Below are positions 40,371 through 48,397 of a stretch of DNA of 64,000 bases, one piece after another. The notes under the pieces were generated by a model. The model saw only the letters and a program-made list of their open reading frames with translations. It did not search any database and was not told the origin of the DNA. The stretch's first letter is position 1, and the number at the start of each line of letters is the position of its first letter. The DNA lies in assembly GCA_965202785.1 (NCBI GenBank), contig OZ241855.1:224001-288000 (forward strand), written 5' to 3'. Made by a program: the position numbers and the translations under genes. Source of the stretch: Thermodesulfobacteriota bacterium. GTDB lineage: Bacteria > Desulfobacterota_D > UBA1144 > Nemesobacterales > Nemesobacteraceae.

Positions 40371-40481
40371 CTTGAAAGTGGATTTGCGGAAACCGCGATC
40401 CGAGGCAGGAAAGCCTCATGAAGTCTCTTATAAGAGGGAACGTTCCAAGGAAGCGACATTGCCGTGCCGCTTCCTTTTTTT
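40371..40481 (+). ncRNA. Candidate structured RNA with intrinsic terminator upstream of carA
   Basis: Three hairpins inside a possible closing helix, then a GGAAGCG...CGCTTCC hairpin and T7. Confidence 0.45.
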
Positions 40482-40541
40482 ATGTTTTCAAACTTGCTTG
40501 TTTTCAAGGGAGAATCACTATATATTTTAACCCCCTGAACA

Positions 40542-41669
40542 ATGAAAAAAGCTTACCTCGCGCTTGAAGGCGGAAAAGTATTTGAAGGCACAAGCTTCGG
40601 AGCCCAAGGAGAGGCAGCCGGCGAAGTTGTTTTCAATACCTCCTTAACGGGTTACCAGGAAATACTCACGGATCCTTCCTATAACGGTCAGATCATCGTA
40701 ATGACCTACCCCGAAATAGGCAACTACGGAATCAACCCCGAGGATTTCGAATCAGAAAAACCTCACCTAAGCGGTTTCGTCGTAAAGGAATACTGGGACC
40801 ACCCGAGCAACTGGAGGTCGAAAGAGAGCCTCGACAGTTTTCTCTCAAGACATGGGATACCCGGCATACAGGGAATCGACACCAGGGAACTTACAAGGAT
40901 CATACGAATTGGTGGAGCGATAAAGGGGATTATCTCAACTGCCGAGACAAGCCCTGAGGCTCTTGCCGAGAAAGTCGACTCCTCGCCGGGAATAGTCGGA
41001 CGCGACCTTGTAACAGAAGTAAGCTGTGCTCAGCCTTACGCATGGGACGAGGGAACGGGAAAGTGGCGCCACAGCAGGGACAAAAACTCCGAACCCTCCA
41101 GAAAATTCAAAGTCGCCGTCTACGACTTCGGAATAAAGAGAAACATACTCAGGGAGCTTCACGATCTTGGATGCGAAACAACGGTTTTTCCGTCGAAAAC
41201 GGACTCCAAGGACATACTGGCCTTCGACCCCGACGGGATTTTCCTCTCAAACGGACCCGGGGACCCGGCCGCGGTTAAATACGCTTCGAAGAATGTAAGA
41301 AAACTTATCGGGAAAAAACCCATTTTCGGGATCTGCCTGGGACACCAGATACTGGGTCTCGCTCTCGGAGGAAAAACCTTCAAGCTAAAATTCGGGCATC
41401 GCGGAGGAAACCAGCCGGTTAAGAATCTTGCGACCGGAAAGGTGGAGATAACTTCGCAGAATCACGGCTTCGCCGTGGATCCCGATTCACTTAAAAGCAA
41501 TGTCGCCGTCTCCCACGTAAACCTGAACGATCAGACCGTCGAGGGACTGAAACACAAGGAGTATCCCCTATCCTGCGTCCAGTATCACCCCGAGGCCTCA
41601 CCCGGGCCGCATGATTCTTCCTATCTTTTCAGAGACTTCATCGAGATGATGGAAGATTTTTCAGCGTAA
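40542..41669 (+). CDS. carA: Carbamoyl-phosphate synthase small subunit
   Basis: GEVVFNT, SNGPGDP, GICLGHQ, QYHPEA. Confidence 0.97.
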   Translation: MKKAYLALEGGKVFEGTSFGAQGEAAGEVVFNTSLTGYQEILTDPSYNGQIIVMTYPEIGNYGINPEDFESEKPHLSGFVVKEYWDHPSNWRSKESLDSFLSRHGIPGIQGIDTRELTRIIRIGGAIKGIISTAETSPEALAEKVDSSPGIVGRDLVTEVSCAQPYAWDEGTGKWRHSRDKNSEPSRKFKVAVYDFGIKRNILRELHDLGCETTVFPSKTDSKDILAFDPDGIFLSNGPGDPAAVKYASKNVRKLIGKKPIFGICLGHQILGLALGGKTFKLKFGHRGGNQPVKNLATGKVEITSQNHGFAVDPDSLKSNVAVSHVNLNDQTVEGLKHKEYPLSCVQYHPEASPGPHDSSYLFRDFIEMMEDFSA

Positions 41670-42050
41670 GCATTCAGACAGGGAACGACCTATGCTCGGT
41701 ATTTAAAGAAAGGGAATTAAGTATTTAACTTGACAGCTTTAGGGGGTTTCCAGTTTAATTCCAGCCTTCTCGTATGCTTCCTTCGGAGCCCTGTTTGCAT
41801 CTAGTATCACCTGAACTTCTATCTCTGAGTATTTTCCGAAAAAGTGGTTTTGTTGGACTATGAAAGCACGGTTTAAGAAGAGATTCGGCGAAAAAATAAT
41901 TAACAGAACATACCTTTACATCGCCATACTGAATCGATTTTTCGTTTCAAGAAGCAAGTTCAGGAATAATATACAATGCTAGCTAAAGAGAACCCTCTAG
42001 CCTGCTTGCGACTACAGAAAGAGGGTGATAAAATGACTAGGGAGGGGTTT

Positions 42051-42302
42051 ATGCTGAGCGAAGTAAGCAATAAGTTGAAAAAAAACTGGGATGCATTCAA
42101 CGCTGCTAAAGAAGAACTTGAAGCAGAACACCTAGGAAAAACAGCGTTATTGCATGATGGGAAAGTCGTTGCCATATACAACGACAGTGGAGATGCTTAT
42201 ACCATTGGTCGTGAGAAGTACGGGTTGGGAAATTTCTCAACACAGACGATAGGAGAGAAACCTATACATCTCGGAATATTCACTCTCCGCCTACCGAGAT
42301 AA
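42051..42302 (+). CDS. Small protein, DUF5678-like
   Basis: RBS GGAGG before ATG 42051; pattern NWDAF..L..H.GK.ALLHDG.VV; paired with an aspartyl protease gene. Confidence 0.65.
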   Translation: MLSEVSNKLKKNWDAFNAAKEELEAEHLGKTALLHDGKVVAIYNDSGDAYTIGREKYGLGNFSTQTIGEKPIHLGIFTLRLPR

Positions 42303-42322
42303 ACGAAACACCCTTAAAACAA

Positions 42323-42766
42323 ATGGCTACTTTTAACGGGATAGTTGTAGATAATCAGATTATTTTTGTTGTCTGGATCGCTATTTCTGGAGATCCCCAA
42401 GACTGGGAAAATCCTAAGGCATATAGGGCATTGCTAGACACGGGAGCACAAAGAACAATGGTTTCCGGGAAAGTGGTAGAAGAAGTAGGGTTAATTGCAA
42501 GCGGGTTCTTTTCGATTAGTGGCGTGACCGGGGATACCATTACAGCAGATAAGTATAAAGTTAGAATTGATATCCCAATCATGAGAGAGGCAAGAAGTCT
42601 TGGCGGAGGCACTCGCACAGAACCTGTGTTAAGTGGCAAGGACATAGATGTCGCACTGTTTCCCGATTCCTTCAAACCAGAAACTTTTGATGTTTTGCTT
42701 GGAATGGATTTCCTGTACGGGTTTCACTTAACCATATTTGCAGATACATTCATCCTTAGCAATTAG
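42323..42766 (+). CDS. Retropepsin-like (clan AA) aspartic protease
   Basis: ALLDTGA catalytic motif and VLLGMDFL motif. Confidence 0.88.
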   Translation: MATFNGIVVDNQIIFVVWIAISGDPQDWENPKAYRALLDTGAQRTMVSGKVVEEVGLIASGFFSISGVTGDTITADKYKVRIDIPIMREARSLGGGTRTEPVLSGKDIDVALFPDSFKPETFDVLLGMDFLYGFHLTIFADTFILSN

Positions 42767-42951
42767 TCTGAATGTTAGTCAAGATTTGCGGGCGCGGTGA
42801 AAAAAGTCGTGGGAAAATGTGGAAAAATTGAGCCGCTCCATGAAGTCATAAAAACTGATTCTTTCTCTTTTCGATTTGGGTTTCTGTCCCACTGTTTTCA
42901 GAGGCTTTGCCAAGTTAAATACATAATTCCCCTAAAAATATAATAGAGTCT

Positions 42952-43422
42952 CTAAGATTGATCTTCCGAATCCGACCCTCTCGTCACTTTCCGATGAGAT
43001 TCTCGGGAGGAAATCAACACGCGGTTGATGATAGTCGACGGGTGTTCATCACCTTCCAACACGAAACCTTTAGCTTTAAGTTCCCGCGAGACGCGCTCGT
43101 TGTGTTCCCAGAATTCATTCTCAAGCCGCTTGTTCTCTTCGGGGTCGTCTGAAACTCTCCGCATGCTGCAATATGAATCGAGGCTTCTGGAACTGCCGTC
43201 GGCATACAAACGGACATGCCTGTCGTTCGTCATGCGATGAGAGGCGTAATAATCAAGATAGTCGCCAGTTTCGTCCGTTCCAAACAGATACCAGATAGTC
43301 CATCCGCTCTTGACTATCTTCCCTTTTTGTCGATTTTTGACGGCTTCTTCCGGGAGCTCGATACTCCAGGTCTCAAAAGACCTGTTGAAATTCACAATAT
43401 GCTGGTCCACAGAGCTACTCAT
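42952..43422 (-). CDS. Hypothetical protein
   Basis: 156-aa ORF, co-oriented and closely spaced with upstream genes; LDYYASHRMTNDRH looks like a conserved motif; family not recognised. Confidence 0.7.
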   Translation of the reverse strand: MSSSVDQHIVNFNRSFETWSIELPEEAVKNRQKGKIVKSGWTIWYLFGTDETGDYLDYYASHRMTNDRHVRLYADGSSRSLDSYCSMRRVSDDPEENKRLENEFWEHNERVSRELKAKGFVLEGDEHPSTIINRVLISSRESHRKVTRGSDSEDQS

Positions 43423-43443
43423 CTAGCTTTTTTCTTTCACGTA

Positions 43444-43614
43444 TTATCCCATTTCTTCCCTTTCCAAGTGTCTTTCAAGGAATTCTATTGTCCGCAACGT
43501 AAGTTCCGCTTTCTCATCAAGCCCTTCAAGTCTTTCCTCCTTCATTTTTGCGTTGAGCAGCCTGTACAGATGTCCATATATATCCGAAGGGGTCTTTATC
43601 TTCTGTTCCTGCAT
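43444..43614 (-). CDS. Small helical hypothetical protein
   Basis: RBS GGGAGGA before ATG 43614 (MQEQKIK..., 56 aa). Confidence 0.55.
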   Translation of the reverse strand: MQEQKIKTPSDIYGHLYRLLNAKMKEERLEGLDEKAELTLRTIEFLERHLEREEMG

Positions 43615-43685
43615 ATTATATTCCTCCCTAGAGCAATATGAGTTTAACCGACCGGATACTCCCATTTAGAAGTATGTGGTGCAAT

Positions 43686-44396
43686 TTATCCACACACATC
43701 TTTTTTGAGCAGGCCTACATACTTGTCGGCAAGCCTTGTAGGTTCGGGAACCCTAAGACCTCGGGAACACTCAAGGGCAATTGCAACTGAGGTATCGAGA
43801 TCAACTCTGTTCCCAATAGACACGAAAACCGGCTTCACACCGTCTCTGGTTCTTAAAGCGGCACCAACAACTTCGCCGTCCCTTCCCCTCATTAGTGTTC
43901 TTTCACCCTTATTAAGTCCTGGTTCACTGAAAGTCCCATAGAGGCATTTTTTCGCAACACCCATCGCCGGAATATCAAGCAAAACCCCGACGTGACAGGC
44001 AAGTCCAAAGCCTCTTGGGTGAGCAAGTCCGTGTCCGTCCACCATAATCATGTCACAGCGCTCACTAAGCTTACCGAAGGTGTCGATGACGCAAGGAGCT
44101 TCTCTGAAACCCAGAAGCCCCGGAATATAGGGGAATACTTCGTCCGATACGGTCCATACCCTTTCGATCTCTTCTAGTTTGGGGTAGGAAAAAAGAATTA
44201 TTCCGCAGACAAGCTTTTTTTCCTTAACGCAGATAGAGATATCGGCACCGGCAATTGTGTGAATAGGCTTCGGGTCAGGGGTTTTTACAACTCTTTGCGA
44301 AAGCTCTTTCTGAATGCGAAAACCTTCTCTTACAGGAGGAGGCTTTGCGGAGTAAAGTATTTCAAGGTCTTTTATCAAGTCGCCCTTGTGGTGCAT
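43686..44396 (-). CDS. nfi: Endonuclease V
   Basis: AGAD, FPYIPGLLGFRE, VDGHGLAHPRGFGLACH, GVAK, PEPTRLAD. Confidence 0.95.
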   Translation of the reverse strand: MHHKGDLIKDLEILYSAKPPPVREGFRIQKELSQRVVKTPDPKPIHTIAGADISICVKEKKLVCGIILFSYPKLEEIERVWTVSDEVFPYIPGLLGFREAPCVIDTFGKLSERCDMIMVDGHGLAHPRGFGLACHVGVLLDIPAMGVAKKCLYGTFSEPGLNKGERTLMRGRDGEVVGAALRTRDGVKPVFVSIGNRVDLDTSVAIALECSRGLRVPEPTRLADKYVGLLKKDVCG

Positions 44397-44414
44397 GAAA
44401 ACAGAATACCTGCA

Positions 44415-45344
44415 CTAAAGCTGACAGTGGGCACACGCACTACCTATAGGTATTCGATTACCTGACTTCTCGCAATGACTGCAACCGTACTTGCCGTAGA
44501 ACCATAGTGCAGGATCAAGTGCAGCACTTGTTCCTGCAATCCGGGGCGGTCCTCCTATATCGGTCTTGGCAACTGCATTGTGGCAGGCGTTTTGGATTAT
44601 CGGTTTTGCTTCTCTAAGCCTAAGCCCCCGTGTGTCCGCAATGCCCAGATTCTCTGTCGTACGACGAACCTGAACATCTACCGCTACCGGGACTGCCTCC
44701 ATGCGGGTTACCTTGGCCCCACCCGGGTTCACCATGATCCGAATCCACATCGGTCCAATCTTCTGACCGCGAAGAAATGGAAATTTGGACCGACCCATGC
44801 TGTCTTTACTTTTGAGTGCCGTGAGCAGTTCCTCCGCGTCTCCAAGGCCACGGTTTATTACGCGGCGTATCGAACTATCCTCGGAAACTAAATTAGTAGC
44901 AATAGTACGCCAAGCTTGTGAGTCCGGTCCGTGGCGCTGGCTTACCCCACTTTCAGACAGCCTTAATCTGAGTGTAGAAAGGGTAATCTTTGTTACTTCA
45001 GCAGGATCGAAAAGTTCCGAATGCGATCTAAAAAGTTCCGCCGCGACCCGCCACAGGCGATTTGCATCTCTTGCACGGTCCATTGCCGAAACGAAGGTCA
45101 GAAACAAACGCACGGTACGGTCAGATGCACCGGAAGCACGCATCTCCTGTACAAATTCAACCTCTGGCATTTGCGACCATGGATCATATGACGTTATGCC
45201 TCTCTGGGATAAATCAAGTTGACCGCCGTAGAAGTCACTGGAAATCATTTTGACTATTCGTACCGTATCAGACATTTCCGAGGTTCCCAAAACAGCCTCC
45301 GTCACTTTTATAAGGAATCTGTATTCAATATTTCTTTGTACCAC
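44415..45344 (-). CDS. HhH-GPD-like DNA glycosylase-fold protein with C-terminal Cys cluster
   Basis: LRGQKIGPMW (HhH-like), VAVDVQVRR (GPD-like Asp), LDPALWFYG, C-x2-C-x10-C-x2-C; start uncertain. Confidence 0.6.
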   Translation of the reverse strand: MVQRNIEYRFLIKVTEAVLGTSEMSDTVRIVKMISSDFYGGQLDLSQRGITSYDPWSQMPEVEFVQEMRASGASDRTVRLFLTFVSAMDRARDANRLWRVAAELFRSHSELFDPAEVTKITLSTLRLRLSESGVSQRHGPDSQAWRTIATNLVSEDSSIRRVINRGLGDAEELLTALKSKDSMGRSKFPFLRGQKIGPMWIRIMVNPGGAKVTRMEAVPVAVDVQVRRTTENLGIADTRGLRLREAKPIIQNACHNAVAKTDIGGPPRIAGTSAALDPALWFYGKYGCSHCEKSGNRIPIGSACAHCQL

Positions 45345-45748
45345 TTAAGCTGGAAACCGAAAGTGTAGTGCGCAAGCGGACGACGGACTAAAGCACCAGC
45401 ATCCCTCAACCTCTCTTCTAAACCGAATTTAACATAACGTTCACCTGCGTGAATCTCGATTACTTTTCCTTTTAACATCGATTCCTTGGCCATCAACTCA
45501 TCAAAGACTTGCTTAGACCATTCGCGACATGTCGCTACCGGAAAATTGTTAAGTGTTAAGTTATATGGCTTTATTTCGTCGTCGGGAACCAGTAATCCAT
45601 ACTTGGCACTGAGTATATACCAAGAGCAACCTAGTTTCTCCGCGTAAGCTCGCCGGAAACTCCAAAGTGATGATATATATAGATCCTTGGCAAGGCTTTT
45701 ATAATCACGTTTCTTCTTGACACAACCAACCAGAAGGATTCGAATCAT
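45308..45748 (-). CDS. DUF6884-like protein; original 5' end split off by an insertion
   Basis: LVGCVKKK, AKDLYIS, WYILSAKYGL, PYNLTL, HAGERY motifs. Confidence 0.75.
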   Translation of the reverse strand: MIRILLVGCVKKKRDYKSLAKDLYISSLWSFRRAYAEKLGCSWYILSAKYGLLVPDDEIKPYNLTLNNFPVATCREWSKQVFDELMAKESMLKGKVIEIHAGERYVKFGLEERLRDAGALVRRPLAHYTFGFQLKWYKEILNTDSL

Positions 45749-45866
45749 CCTATTCTTAGGGAATTATTAACTTTACTTGACAAGTATTCTGCGAATCTGT
45801 TACCCATTTTAAGAGAAAACCATGAGAAGGTTTATTGTGTTCACTTCGGGGGCTGTTCTTTTTTTA

Positions 45867-46239
45867 GGGAATTACCAGCTTAACTCGGTAATCCCCTTTT
45901 TTTCGTCCAGATTTTTTCAATTGATGAGAAAGATACTAGTTCTTAGCCTGCTGTTTGCATTGCTGGTTGTTCCAGCAAGCACGCAGGAACTTCCAAAAGA
46001 CCAAAAAGCATATGTTTTAGCAATTCAGTCTTTTGGGTGGAAATGCAACCAAGTCAAAAATTGGAAAGGGGAAAGAATTGCCGCACAGCATAGCGTTATC
46101 AAAATCACATGCGACTGGGGTCGGGCATACTATCTGAGAAATGTATTTGTTCCTGGAGAAGGTTATCATATGACTTTTTGCTACAAAGGCAATTGTAAGA
46201 GATTTGAGTGATTTTGCAAGCCCCTAACTACTTATTGCG
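45867..46239. mobile_element. Nested mini-cassette 3 (373 bp)
   Basis: Left end GGGAATTACCAGCTTAACTCGGTA, degenerate right end, TTTTTTTA at both 45859-45866 and 46240-46247. Confidence 0.55.
45924..46211 (+). CDS. Small secreted protein with four cysteines
   Basis: Signal peptide MRKILVLSLLFALLVVPAST; 95 aa. Confidence 0.7.
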   Translation: MRKILVLSLLFALLVVPASTQELPKDQKAYVLAIQSFGWKCNQVKNWKGERIAAQHSVIKITCDWGRAYYLRNVFVPGEGYHMTFCYKGNCKRFE

Positions 46240-46251
46240 TTTTTTTATTCA

Positions 46252-47094
46252 TTAATCGTCAAATGGGCTAAAAAAAGTTACCCCAATGCTTCGGTAACCT
46301 TCACCAGGATCAAGCTTCTGGATTTCTTCTCTCTTGTCAATAACCGGCGGCTCAAGGCTGTCAATATCTTTTGAAACCCCCCACTGCTGTTCTTCCCCCC
46401 GATAAAGAGCTAAGTCATATTGTCCTAGATGATCTGGCCCATATAGAATTTCCACCCGGTCTCCGAGTTTGTCGCAATTCTCAGAATTTATTCTGACGTA
46501 TAACCAACGCCAATATTTCTCATAACGATCCCGTCGCAGCCGGCGACTGCAAGTGGATTGATAGGGGTCCAGTTTGGCGTTGTTTGCAGACTTTATAGCC
46601 TGGATGCAACCGAGTATGATTTCATGCATGAACTCTATGCTGATTCGCGGCATCTTCTGACTTCGTTTTTTCTCAATGAGGAAGTACCGCCAGTCGAAAG
46701 AACCTATATTCTTATCGCCATCAAGATTCGCAAGGAAGTCATCCAGGGAACTGAATGGGAATATTTCTTTCCTAACGCCTAAGAAGAAAAGACTGTCCCT
46801 ATAGTCGTTATAATATTCTCTGAGAATCGCCTTGTCCTCCTCTTTGAATAATTCAAAGAGAGGATGTAGAGAGTGTTTCTTCTGGACTTCTTCCCCTCGG
46901 GCATGCAGGAGTCCCTTGAATGCCTGCTCCATAAGGAAGTAGGCGGTTACAATGTAGCTCCACCACTGCGTAGCTTCGTAGTCTGGCAGTAAGTCCGGGT
47001 TTACCGGGCATTTCTCGTACTTTTCCTTTTCTTTCTTTAAAGCGAACTTCAGCCATAGGCTGATAGTTGAGGGGTCCTTAAAATCGATTGACAT
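46252..47094 (-). CDS. Hypothetical protein, HEPN-like N-terminal domain
   Basis: MEQAFKGLL...HSLHPLF...WRY pattern resembles HEPN helices. Confidence 0.55.
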   Translation of the reverse strand: MSIDFKDPSTISLWLKFALKKEKEKYEKCPVNPDLLPDYEATQWWSYIVTAYFLMEQAFKGLLHARGEEVQKKHSLHPLFELFKEEDKAILREYYNDYRDSLFFLGVRKEIFPFSSLDDFLANLDGDKNIGSFDWRYFLIEKKRSQKMPRISIEFMHEIILGCIQAIKSANNAKLDPYQSTCSRRLRRDRYEKYWRWLYVRINSENCDKLGDRVEILYGPDHLGQYDLALYRGEEQQWGVSKDIDSLEPPVIDKREEIQKLDPGEGYRSIGVTFFSPFDD

Positions 47095-47234
47095 GAGAGA
47101 TCACCTGCCCCGCCAATAAAGATAAACAAGGTTAGTTTGATTAGCAAGGCAACCTCTGATAGAATAACCTCGTTGACATTTGTGCGAACCCGCCCTATGA
47201 AACTCAATCACATATATTGCGGAAGGAGGAATAC

Positions 47235-47594
47235 ATGCAGATTAAAAAAGTTTGGCTTGTCGCAGGGATAATCCTCGCCCTTGTCGGCATACCAGGCGTT
47301 CTTGAGGATTTACAAAGTTGGGAGTACCTGCTTTCAAGACTCGGAACGTGGCAACTATGGAATTATCTTTTGCTTTTGGGTGGGATCAGTGTATCTGTCT
47401 GGTCTCTACTGCCGGTTTTTTATCGGCAACAAAGACCGCTCTCAAGAAAGAAAGACAGGTGGACGAAACTGGTAGAGAAACTTGAACCTGACCAGATCCT
47501 CGAACTTGAAAAAGATAGGAGCCAGAATCATATGGGCTACTTTGTTTGTACCCTAGTCTCCGCCTTGATCCTTGTAGGAATCTTGAGTTGTTAA
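47235..47594 (+). CDS. Small membrane protein
   Basis: RBS AAGGAGGA before ATG 47235; three hydrophobic segments. Confidence 0.7.
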   Translation: MQIKKVWLVAGIILALVGIPGVLEDLQSWEYLLSRLGTWQLWNYLLLLGGISVSVWSLLPVFYRQQRPLSRKKDRWTKLVEKLEPDQILELEKDRSQNHMGYFVCTLVSALILVGILSC

Positions 47595-47813
47595 CAGTGA
47601 GCCCAACGCTTTTGATATTCTTCTGTCAATTTGGGTCATAAGAACTAGGACTCTGGTTAGCGTAGGTGTTACCTCAACCTCTTTGCCTTGGACGTTCCTG
47701 AAGAATCTTAGATAGCCCTCATATTGCTCTATACGCAAATCTCCTTCATTCAACATTAGACCGTTCCTCCTAACTGATAACAATTCCAAAGCGTGCGTGA
47801 TATTCACTAGCAT
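47553..47813 (-). CDS. Hypothetical protein
   Basis: 86-aa ORF preceded by promoter-like TTGACT..TAAAAT; no recognised motif. Confidence 0.4.
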   Translation of the reverse strand: MLVNITHALELLSVRRNGLMLNEGDLRIEQYEGYLRFFRNVQGKEVEVTPTLTRVLVLMTQIDRRISKALGSLLTTQDSYKDQGGD

Positions 47814-48001
47814 TTTATCACATTGTCTAAATAGTCAAGGTAACTTTTTTACCATTATATGTCATAGAGCACCTCTGCCAAGTATTCTTAGTAATTCCCT
47901 ATTCTTATTCGGCATAATCCCTCCCCCAGAAGTTTTTTGGATAGTTATACAGTTGGCAAACTAATGTAACACCTTAAAGTCCCTTTAAGGATTCAAGACG
48001 G

Positions 48002-48334
48002 TTACCGGGACACGCTTCTCTCCAAAACATGCACAATCCAACTGTTCAGACTCATTTTACTTTCTTCCGCAGCAACAACTATGCGTTTGTGTAGATCAGA
48101 ACCAAGTCTAACATTGAGCTTGCCCGAGAAAGGCTTTACAGGTTCTAATCCGTCTTCTTCGCAAGAAGCAATATACTCATCAATCGAACGATGAAACTCT
48201 TCCCGAATTCCCTCAACATCAGTTGCTTCAAAAGTGGCAATCGGATAACTGCCGCTGTTAATAACTCTTCCGTGAAGACACCCTACGGAATCGTCAAATT
48301 CGACCACGGCAATGTACCCCTTGTACTCAATCAT
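48002..48334 (-). CDS. hicB: HicB-family antitoxin
   Basis: EYKGY, HGRV, TFEA, KPFSGKLNVRL, SLNSW. Confidence 0.92.
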   Translation of the reverse strand: MIEYKGYIAVVEFDDSVGCLHGRVINSGSYPIATFEATDVEGIREEFHRSIDEYIASCEEDGLEPVKPFSGKLNVRLGSDLHKRIVVAAEESKMSLNSWIVHVLERSVSR

Positions 48335-48375
48335 GGCTTCATTCCTTCAGCTTTGAGGAAAGCAGTTACATCTGG
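48331..48375 (-). pseudogene. 3' remnant of hicA toxin
   Basis: 14 codons PDVTAFLKAEGMKP* ending in an ATGA overlap with hicB; in-frame stop directly upstream. Confidence 0.6.
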
Positions 48376-48397
48376 TTAGAATAGAATATACGAAAAT

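Larger units (their letters stand above)
41712..42931. mobile_element. Non-autonomous IS1595-like cassette 1 (1220 bp)
   Basis: 24-bp inverted repeats at 41712-41735 and 42908-42931, 22/24 identical; no transposase; no exact target duplication. Confidence 0.7.
45759..47899. mobile_element. Non-autonomous IS1595-like cassette 2 (2141 bp) with 8-bp target-site duplication
   Basis: Inverted repeats at 45759-45782 and 47876-47899 (19/24); TATTCTTA at both 45751-45758 and 47900-47907; removal restores an in-frame gene start. Confidence 0.88.

Noticed and set aside
43631-43654. Degenerate end-like sequence GAGCAATATGAGTTTAAC
   Set aside because: Weak match, with no partner or duplication identified.
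42908-45782. Alternative pairing as a TG...CA-ended transposon
   Set aside because: No flanking duplication, and the same logic would make the 41712 site point into carA.
41712-47899. The 24-bp sites as canonical XerCD dif/pdif sites or integron attC sites
   Set aside because: No TTATGTTAAAT-like XerD arm or TAA-N6-TTA core, no RYYYAAC/GTTRRRY hairpin, and no integrase; the 8-bp duplication favours transposon ends.
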